A stretch of 64,000 nt of DNA. Source: a virus. The DNA is taken from positions 1 to 64,000 of IMG/VR virus record IMGVR_UViG_3300028146_000008. The stretch is one strand, 5' to 3'. This document shows, in pieces, positions 29,299-36,151 of this stretch; position 1 is the first letter of the stretch, and the number at the start of each line of letters is the position of its first letter. The position numbers were made by a program, and so were the translations under genes. The notes under the pieces are model-generated. The model did not search any database and had not been told where the DNA came from. It saw only the letters and a list, made by a program, of their open reading frames with translations.

Positions 29299-29502
29299 GT
29301 GAACAAAGTGGCCGTAAGAACTAGCATCATTGAAGCACTAGCTCGGGACATGGCATGGGACGGAAGTGAATCAGGAACCGAAGAGTTCCTTGTAAAATTG
29401 CTAAGAGCTAGTGAAGACGTGTACCGTCAAATGAAACAGTCACACAAAGAAGGTTTGTGCTACGACTGTATTAACGCCCTCTCCGATAAACTAAATGCAT
29501 AA
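29299..29502 (+). CDS. Small hypothetical protein upstream of the HNH gene
   Basis: TTGACA (29260) and TGGTATACT (29281-29289) promoter, GTG 29299; stop overlaps the HNH start. Confidence 0.45.
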   Translation: MNKVAVRTSIIEALARDMAWDGSESGTEEFLVKLLRASEDVYRQMKQSHKEGLCYDCINALSDKLNA

Positions 29503-30118
29503 GAAATTACAACTGGATGGCCTTGTATCGGGTCGGCTTACTGTAGTCCAACGGGCGTGTGTGATCGCCAAGAACACCTTTTGGATATGCCAGTGCTCGT
29601 GCGATGGTTTGTACTCCATCATCCGAGGAAAGAGCATCACGGGCAAGAGAATACAAAGTTGTGGTTGCATACGCCGAGAGATGAATAAAAAGAAAGCAGC
29701 GCGACTTGCTATCTTAAACACCTTGGCACCCGGCGAAGCTGCGTTGAACCAGCTATACGCTTCTTATGAGTGGCACGCGGTGATGGATAGAAGTCTTACG
29801 TTCAACCTAACTGTTGATGAGTTCAGGGCGCTGACAAAAGGAAATTGTTTCTATTGCGGGGTTGAACCAAAACAAGTCTCGCGGAACGTTAGCTGCAAAG
29901 GTTCTTACACTTACAACGGAATAGATCGGAAAGATAGCTCTTTGGGCTACAGTCCTGAAAACTGCGTCTCTTGCTGCGGGTCTTGCAACAAAGCTAAAGG
30001 AAAGAAATCTGTTGAAGATTTTCTGGTCATGTGTAGGAAAGTTTCAGAAAAAGCCATGTCAGGGGCGGCCCTAGAAACCGCCCCCTCGATGGGTTGTTTA
30101 AACAATAACGTTAGCTAA
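29495..30118 (+). CDS. Free-standing HNH-type homing endonuclease
   Basis: GRLTV..WICQCSC..SCGC N-terminal domain; CFYCG...NGIDRKDSSLGYSPENCVSCCGSCNKAK. Confidence 0.85.
   Translation: MHKKLQLDGLVSGRLTVVQRACVIAKNTFWICQCSCDGLYSIIRGKSITGKRIQSCGCIRREMNKKKAARLAILNTLAPGEAALNQLYASYEWHAVMDRSLTFNLTVDEFRALTKGNCFYCGVEPKQVSRNVSCKGSYTYNGIDRKDSSLGYSPENCVSCCGSCNKAKGKKSVEDFLVMCRKVSEKAMSGAALETAPSMGCLNNNVS
30062..30084 (-). terminator. GC-rich hairpin downstream of the MCP stop (possible terminator or stabiliser)
   Basis: GGGGCGG...CCGCCCC inverted repeat about 26 nt after the MCP stop; no clear U-tract. Confidence 0.35.
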
Positions 30119-31988
30119 TTGCCGACGTAGCGTCGATGTATCGAAGCCTCATCGTAGTGTCGGGAGGGAGGCTCGCCGTGTAGTGTACACGATACGAGGT
30201 CCAGCCCGGAATTAGTCCGGATGGGTCCGCCACGCTCAGAGGAGCATTTTGGACAATGTTACATTCGCCTGCTGTTAACTTGTTCTAAGAAAGAACAATG
30301 CTAAATCATTTCTGTTTAGCTCATACAGTTTTTATTCCTGTATGTTCGGACTATTGCATCGCCTTGCGGCGTCTTCTCGCTTAGTCTCTCACGCTGCGAT
30401 TTCTCGCTTGCGCCTCGTTGCCATTTCAGGGTTCGAGTCAATCAGAGAAGATTTTAGGAACACCGAGTTTTAATGTTCCGCCAGTTACCGTCTTCGATTG
30501 CATTGTCACCACGTCCGCCTAGGCGAATCGCTATGACTCCGTCTTTACCGAAGATGTAGGTACGGTACGCAACCACCGAAGCCGCCGAACCCTGATACGC
30601 CGTTGTGAGCGTAACCAAGTTCGACTGGAAGAACGCGACACCAGATGCTGGGAACTCCAGCGTGTCCGCGAGGTCAACCGAGACCAAATCATCCATGCGC
30701 TGGAGTCCAGGCACGGTGTGCTTCAGTACGTCGATTGCTGAGTTGTTGCTGGAATCGTTCAAGAGGTCGCCAACGGCGAACGGGTGAATGACGCCTGCGA
30801 AAAGTGCTTCCGCTTCGTTGAAGGGCTGCACTGCGCGGCCAGCCAGAGACTGGACCTGAGCGCGAATGTTGGCGAGAGCCAACGAAGTACCACCAGTGAT
30901 CTTGACCGACACGGAGCTGTCAACGCTGGAAGCGCCGTCAGCAACCGCACGGGTGATCGCGGACAGAGACTGTCCAAGGCGATACGAAAGTTCGCGACCG
31001 ACGTTTTCAACAACCGGGTCGATTGCGGTAGCGAGGGAAAGGCTGGAGAAGTTCGCGTAGTCCGCGTACTCACCTATCGTGGCAGTCGTAGTTCCGACTG
31101 ACGCGCTGATGCCCGTGGGCACCGTGCCTTCGGACACTTGGGCGGTGTTCGCGCCAAATGTGTTATTAGTTGTGTTTAGGGTTTAAAGCGAGGCTTCCTG
31201 TGTCACCACAGGATCACTCTTACGGTCACCCGTAAGCTCGGACTCTATCTTCTCTTCGGTTTCCCGAAGGTCTTGCGTATTAGTCTCTACGGAGTTATCT
31301 TGTCGATTCAGTAGGCGAATTTTATTGGCCAGTTCTTGGCGTTTCTGAGGACTACCATAAGGTAGCCGCAAAAACTCTAACGCAAGAATGGCTTGTTCTC
31401 TTTTCATTAGCAGGTATGGAACAATTGCGAGTAGAAAATTCTCTCGGTTCTTCTTGCCTGCGGGCATCCACATATACTGGGTACGCCCCGGTTTTCCGCC
31501 GTATCCGATTAGGGATCGAACGTAAAACCGCCCCCCGACATTTTTAACCAACCACTTCATCAGGAAGAGAGATGTATTGTAAATCGCTACTTGGAGTTGA
31601 AAGTCTCCTTGCGCTCTTTTGTTAGCGCAAATAGTTCCTTCTCCATCGACTATCCCGGCCAGATACGACCATAAATGTTTTTCCATTTTAGATATTTCCT
31701 CGGTATTGTCTGATAATGATTGTATCAGAGATCCACCGATATAGCAAGATTTTTAATTCATGCATAACTGTAGGTCTACATGAATAGTTCCAACTGATTA
31801 CCGGAATTGAGAGGGAGTTCCCGACGTTCTGCACAACGAACGAAAGGAGTCTGCGCTTTCAAATTCTCAATAAAACGCTTCTTCTTTCAGTTGGTTTGAT
31901 CTACGACAAGCGTTGTTTAATCGTAGTAAATTACTCGCGATTGCGGTAAGTTGGAAGTAGTGTTTGAAGCTGGATTAAATCCGGCCAT
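30111..31988 (-). CDS. Major capsid protein (N4 gp56-like family), four exons: 31988-31920, 31880-31778, 31166-30473, 30267-30111; 340 aa spliced
   Basis: Joined exons (69+103+694+157=1023 nt) give one open frame: MAGFNPASNTTSNLPQSRVIYYD|KRFIENLK...SGNQLELFMY|NTFGANTAQVSEGTVP...GVIHPF...YRTYIFGKDG...NWRNI|ECNIVQ...ADPSGLIPGWTSY...SAIS*. Lies directly after the scaffold gene. Confidence 0.9.
30268..30472 (-). ncRNA. Group I intron 3 of the MCP gene (205 nt, ORF-less)
   Basis: P1 GGAACAU/GUGUUCC with U.G; P10 UCG/CGA; P3 UCUUCUC/GAGAAGA; P7 GAGACUA/UAGUCC; P8 CGCCGCAAGGCG; P9 hairpins; terminal G at 30268. Confidence 0.9.
31167..31777 (-). ncRNA. Group I intron 2 of the MCP gene (611 nt) carrying a LAGLIDADG ORF
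   Basis: P1 UUCAUGU/GCAUGAA with U.G; P10 GUUAU/AUAAC; P3 UCUUGC/GCAAGA; P7 GAGACU/AGUCC preceded by AAGAUAG; P9 hairpins CUUACGG-GUGA-CCGUAAG and UCCUGUG-GUGA-CACAGGA. Confidence 0.88.
31183..31686 (-). CDS. Intron-encoded single-motif LAGLIDADG homing endonuclease
   Basis: YLAGIVDGEGTI motif, IVPYLLMKREQA; ORF lies within intron 2. Confidence 0.9.
   Translation of the reverse strand: MEKHLWSYLAGIVDGEGTICANKRAQGDFQLQVAIYNTSLFLMKWLVKNVGGRFYVRSLIGYGGKPGRTQYMWMPAGKKNRENFLLAIVPYLLMKREQAILALEFLRLPYGSPQKRQELANKIRLLNRQDNSVETNTQDLRETEEKIESELTGDRKSDPVVTQEASL
31881..31919 (-). other. 39-nt core-less group I-like mini-intron (intron 1 of the MCP gene)
   Basis: UAAACAACGCUUGUCGUAGAUCAAACCAACUGAAAGAAG: two in-frame stops, a 14-nt guide complementary to the spliced junction, terminal G. 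Confidence 0.75.
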
Positions 31989-32031
31989 TGTACTACCTTT
32001 TAATTCTGTTTATTTGTACGATCCGAGATAT

Positions 32032-32952
32032 CTATTTTTTCTTCGCGTAGAGTTCTTCAACTGCTTTGCGGAAGTCAGGGTCTTTCAACTTCGCTTCGTA
32101 CTCTGCCGCGCTCATTTTGTTGATATCTCTGTGAGTAATCCCAGCGGTCTTGGGCGCGGTCGCTCCAGGTACTGCGCTGGAATTACCTCGTCCCAATCCG
32201 GATGACGATTGCTGTGGTCGCACTTCTGTAGGCTCGCTCGGGATCGCCGGGGCCGAATTTGTCGCCGGTTCCGAGATCGTCGGAACCGTAGCAGGTGCGG
32301 CGGCAGCGGGTGCTGCCGGTGATACTGGTGTTTCCGCTTTTGGAGCCTGTAGCACTAACAAATCGTCAGCGGCTAAGTCTTCAAAAGCTAATCTCAAGTT
32401 TTGTGCGGTCCAGCGCCGATTGTTTTTCTCCATCCATTTCTGGATGTGATCTCGGTTGGACTCGCATTCCACATACTGTGGGGTGGCGGCGATGAATTCT
32501 CTAACCGCCTGTTGGATCTTTCCTACACGCTTATCAATATCAATGTCCCGGAGTTTTCCGCGAACTACGTCTAGCGGGGCTCCGAGCTGGGCTTCGAGAA
32601 GGAGTTTTTGTCCTTCTGCCACCGTAGCGGGGTCTCTCAAGAGTTTTTCTATCTTGATCCGCTCATCGGCGGTAAGTGGCCGCTCCTCGTAGGAATAAAG
32701 CGGTTCTTCTTCCGGTTCGGGTTCCAGCATTTCGCCGAGCTTGGCTGCCCTGCGGGTTTCGTAAAGCTTCACTGCCGCGTTTCGGTGGGCAGCATCTTTC
32801 TTTTCCAGCAAGTCTTCGAGTGTGTCAGCTTCAAAGTACTGCAGAGGGCCGACTGGGAGGCCGTTGTTGTCGGTCAACTGAGTCTGGATTACAAACTTCT
32901 TTTTATCTTCATTCCAATACTTGGATTTAGGCGTAGCTACTGCTTCGGACAT
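32032..32952 (-). CDS. Capsid scaffolding protein
   Basis: Acidic helical protein with an Ala/Pro linker and C-terminal INKMSAAEYEAKLKDPDFRK helix; immediately upstream of the MCP. Confidence 0.7.
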   Translation of the reverse strand: MSEAVATPKSKYWNEDKKKFVIQTQLTDNNGLPVGPLQYFEADTLEDLLEKKDAAHRNAAVKLYETRRAAKLGEMLEPEPEEEPLYSYEERPLTADERIKIEKLLRDPATVAEGQKLLLEAQLGAPLDVVRGKLRDIDIDKRVGKIQQAVREFIAATPQYVECESNRDHIQKWMEKNNRRWTAQNLRLAFEDLAADDLLVLQAPKAETPVSPAAPAAAAPATVPTISEPATNSAPAIPSEPTEVRPQQSSSGLGRGNSSAVPGATAPKTAGITHRDINKMSAAEYEAKLKDPDFRKAVEELYAKKK

Positions 32953-33054
32953 ACTTGCTCCTTGCGCTTAATCGGCGCGTGGTTCGATACAAGTGGCCTG
33001 TTCAGTACAAAGAGTGTTTGTAGTGAGCGGTTTACTTGTAGTGTTTGATTTGTG

Positions 33055-33435
33055 TTATCTTTGATCGAGAATGATTGCTTCGATCACTTCTTGATCTTGT
33101 AATTCTTCTTGTGCGACTTTCAAACGGACATCGGCAAGATGATTCTGTTTTTCAAAAGTGACTTGGCCGCGAAGACTTTTGTAGAACTCGTTCATCGCAT
33201 GGGCGATAGTCATGGATGTGGTTTGTTTCTTCTCTTCCGTGGGGTCGCACTCCATAGCGGCGTTTCGAGCTTTGACGATTTCAAGCTTCATCAGCTTGTC
33301 TAAAGCGCGTGCGTAGGGGGACTGATCCCCTGCCATCAAATCCATCTTCTCGGAGTCGGTTAGCTCACTCGGAGGGCTGAACATTAGGCGTGGGTCGGTT
33401 TGTTGGGGTCGGGCGAATGCCTCGGATCCATTCAC
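33055..33435 (-). CDS. Hypothetical protein between portal and scaffold
   Basis: 126-aa helical ORF in the head operon. Confidence 0.55.
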   Translation of the reverse strand: MNGSEAFARPQQTDPRLMFSPPSELTDSEKMDLMAGDQSPYARALDKLMKLEIVKARNAAMECDPTEEKKQTTSMTIAHAMNEFYKSLRGQVTFEKQNHLADVRLKVAQEELQDQEVIEAIILDQR

Positions 33436-33450
33436 TTTGTGAAGTACTCC

Positions 33451-35577
33451 TTATCCAACCATCTGGCCGGAACCGAGGCCCATCGTTGGCGCGTTAGCAC
33501 CTAGAAGGGCTTCTGGTTCGGCGGATTTTTCTGCGATGACTCGGAAGATGTCTCGAACCGCTCTGGCTTCGTTTTCCTGGTCAATTAGCTGTTGGCTCTC
33601 TTGCATCTTGCGGGCGTCCGCTTGCTGGTCTATTTGCGCCTTCATTTGCATTTGAGCGGCAGGCGAGTTAGCTTGCAGACGCTGAATTTCTTCCGCACTC
33701 ATATCTTCAATAATGCTGTAGTAGTTCTTCCAGCCTGAGATGTCGTGAACCATGTGGAAGAGTTCTTCCACGTTCACTTTCTTCTGGTTCACTTCGTTCA
33801 ACTGTTTCATCAGCGGTTGATTCTCGAATAGCTGCAGCATCATAAAGAGTGACTGCGCCATCTGAGATTTCGCGGCTAGGTGGGACCCGGCCAATACTTC
33901 AAATTCCGCAGGCGAATTCAGGAAATCGCCGGAATCAAAAGTCGCCCATTCTTTTCCAAAATGCTCGCCGAGAAGTTGCTTGATATACGCCATCGGCATC
34001 TTCTCTTTGTTGAGAGTATGCATTTTGTAAATCAAGGGCTCGTAGACTTGGCGCACAAACGCTTCGGCGAATCCACCGATGCGGTTCATCGTGGCTTGGA
34101 TGACGCCCGCTGCGCCCGTGCCGGTACGCATTGCGCCGCCACGAGTGGTGGAAGCGCCCATCGTAAGTTGCTGGTTTGCGCCCGAGGTCATTTCGACCCG
34201 GCTCTGGGAGAGAGCGATTTGCTGTACGACTTCCGCAGGAATGTTCGGCTGCTGCATTAAGGTCAGAGCCTTAGTGGTGTCGCCGTCTACCGCGATAATC
34301 CCGCCGATTCGTTGTCTGATTTGTTGTTCCTGAACGTTAGCCCCGCGAGAGCGAACGAACATAGGATTGACAATGAGATCAGCCAAATCCAGGCAGGCGT
34401 TGATGAGACCGGCTTGAACACGTTGTTCGACCCCGATAACGCGACCAAGACCCAGACCCCAAAAAGCGTTAGGTATGTTCCACCAGTTGACACTAAGGAA
34501 TGGAATACATCCGAACTCGTTTGGCTCATTACGGATTACCTTGACGCGCTGGAGAACGGTGATTACTTTGTCGTTGTCCCAGCGTTCCAGAACTTCCAGC
34601 GGTTCATCGAGTGGATCCGCAGTAGATGCTTCAAACTGAGGCTTCGCGTGATGGACCTGGGTGGTTCCCTGGCTCCCCATCATTTCGGTGCTTCCACCGA
34701 CCGTCGCAGCTTCCTTGGGCCTCTCGAACCAAGATTTAATCGTGGCTTCGCTCGGGAGGTCGTACCGCTTTTTCAGTACCTGTTTGCCGTTTTCGGTGGT
34801 GACGTACTCTTCATCCTTCAACTTAATGAGGTCTTTGTACGTCAGATACATTTTGTCGATAACAAACTTCGCTTTGCGAATGTCAGGGACTTTTAGTCCC
34901 GGATCGACGAGTGTGAACCGGATATCTTTTGCTTCAAATGTGGTGCGATGAACCTGTTTGTCTTTTTCTACTTTTTTGTACGTTTGGGAGTCTTTGGTTT
35001 CGATAACCGTGGGTTCGGCTCCGGGGACTGGGAGGGCGGCAATCTTAACCCCCTTCTCCAACGGTTCATATTTCGTTTCTTTTTTGACAAAGCTTTCAAA
35101 GCCCCACTTCCAAATACCAGTGCCAAAGTTCAGGGCCGAGAAAAGGCCCCAATCGGTTTCTTGGCGGAAACCCATCTCATCTTGTTCGATTGAAATCAGC
35201 GACCGGATCGCTCGGGTTATGTTTTCGCTTCTGGACGGGCGTGGTCGCAGAATGAAGGCCGGTGTTTCGTAAAACAGACCGTTCATCACCTGGGGGTGGA
35301 TGGAGTTAACTGTTTCGGCGACTACGAACCGGTTCACATTGGAACGGGGGACCGTAGTTTGCTCCCACATCCGGATAGACGGTGGGGATTGATACAGCCC
35401 ATCGGCTTCGCGCCACCGCAGCGTCCAATAATTTGTTTGCAGCCAAGCCTCTGTGTTGATCGTATCGTTCACGCAGAGTTGAAGTGCGCCGTCCTTAGTT
35501 ACTTCGCTAGGACTTTTAAATTGGCTTACTTCCGGCTGCTGATTAGGATTTGCTGGATCGGGCGTGACGTGGGCCAT
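33451..35577 (-). CDS. Portal protein (podovirus type)
   Basis: 708 aa; ALNFGTGIWK, GCIPF..FWGLGL, RTGTGA motifs; Gln-rich C-terminal barrel; follows the terminase. Confidence 0.85.
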   Translation of the reverse strand: MAHVTPDPANPNQQPEVSQFKSPSEVTKDGALQLCVNDTINTEAWLQTNYWTLRWREADGLYQSPPSIRMWEQTTVPRSNVNRFVVAETVNSIHPQVMNGLFYETPAFILRPRPSRSENITRAIRSLISIEQDEMGFRQETDWGLFSALNFGTGIWKWGFESFVKKETKYEPLEKGVKIAALPVPGAEPTVIETKDSQTYKKVEKDKQVHRTTFEAKDIRFTLVDPGLKVPDIRKAKFVIDKMYLTYKDLIKLKDEEYVTTENGKQVLKKRYDLPSEATIKSWFERPKEAATVGGSTEMMGSQGTTQVHHAKPQFEASTADPLDEPLEVLERWDNDKVITVLQRVKVIRNEPNEFGCIPFLSVNWWNIPNAFWGLGLGRVIGVEQRVQAGLINACLDLADLIVNPMFVRSRGANVQEQQIRQRIGGIIAVDGDTTKALTLMQQPNIPAEVVQQIALSQSRVEMTSGANQQLTMGASTTRGGAMRTGTGAAGVIQATMNRIGGFAEAFVRQVYEPLIYKMHTLNKEKMPMAYIKQLLGEHFGKEWATFDSGDFLNSPAEFEVLAGSHLAAKSQMAQSLFMMLQLFENQPLMKQLNEVNQKKVNVEELFHMVHDISGWKNYYSIIEDMSAEEIQRLQANSPAAQMQMKAQIDQQADARKMQESQQLIDQENEARAVRDIFRVIAEKSAEPEALLGANAPTMGLGSGQMVG

Positions 35578-35909
35578 TATCGAGTGATCTTTATTCCTGA
35601 GAAATCCGCTTTATTTGTGCATTGTTCACAAGGTGCGTATTTCTTCTTCAATTCGTAAAAGACGCTGCCTAGAAAACCTACGGCCAACGTTTGATAGATG
35701 TCGCCCTTACAAAGAATGAGCGAAATCCAAAATCCCGTGCATACGGGGCAATCCCACAACTCTTTAAGAAGATTTGGTAGCTTCGGCAGGCGGGACTTGA
35801 GCTTGTGGGCTAGGCTGCTGTCCACCGCCAAATAGACCGCTTGAGTTTGCGCCAACGAGATCAAAATGATTTTTAGCAAGTCGTTCATACGCTTCCTGAT
35901 TGAATCCAA
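35577..35909 (-). CDS. Small membrane protein (DUF1360-like)
   Basis: LWDCPVCTGFWIS motif with TM segments. Confidence 0.55.
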   Translation of the reverse strand: MDSIRKRMNDLLKIILISLAQTQAVYLAVDSSLAHKLKSRLPKLPNLLKELWDCPVCTGFWISLILCKGDIYQTLAVGFLGSVFYELKKKYAPCEQCTNKADFSGIKITR

Positions 35910-36129
35910 TCACTATCTCGTTGCTGGCTCGGTGCCAAAGTACGGGATAGTTTTCTTGGCCGGTGACTTCCTTAATTCCTTTAATGATGATCGGATCGTT
36001 GTTGGCAATTACTAGAAGGGCGGGAATATTTCGGGCTCGCAAGAATGTCTCCGCTTGGGAGCAGTGCGGGCACCCGAGTAATCCGTAAAGCGTGAACTGC
36101 GGTATAGTGACTTGCTGTGTTTGTTCCAT
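35764..36129 (-). CDS. Glutaredoxin/NrdH-like redoxin
   Basis: TLYG..GCPHC, TGQENYPVL, IVIGFN. Confidence 0.8.
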   Translation of the reverse strand: MEQTQQVTIPQFTLYGLLGCPHCSQAETFLRARNIPALLVIANNDPIIIKGIKEVTGQENYPVLWHRASNEIVIGFNQEAYERLAKNHFDLVGANSSGLFGGGQQPSPQAQVPPAEATKSS

Positions 36130-36151
36130 TGTTCCTCTTGGGAGCGTGTAA

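Noticed and set aside
30454-31137. The 227-aa ORF as a stand-alone or pseudogenised capsid gene
   Set aside because: It is exon 3; its ends lie close to identifiable group I splice sites.
31881-31919. Stop-codon reassignment or readthrough explaining the in-frame 39-nt MCP insert
   Set aside because: It would need both UAA and UGA to be read through, while TAA, TGA and TAG all terminate other genes here and no suppressor tRNA is evident.
31881-31922. T4 gene 60-style ribosomal bypass (GAU take-off, UAA, hairpin, GAU landing)
   Set aside because: The matching GAU inside the insert is followed by CAA ACC AAC UGA, another stop. Bypassing also would not explain the 7-bp pairing to the 3' exon. 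Disfavoured rather than formally excluded.
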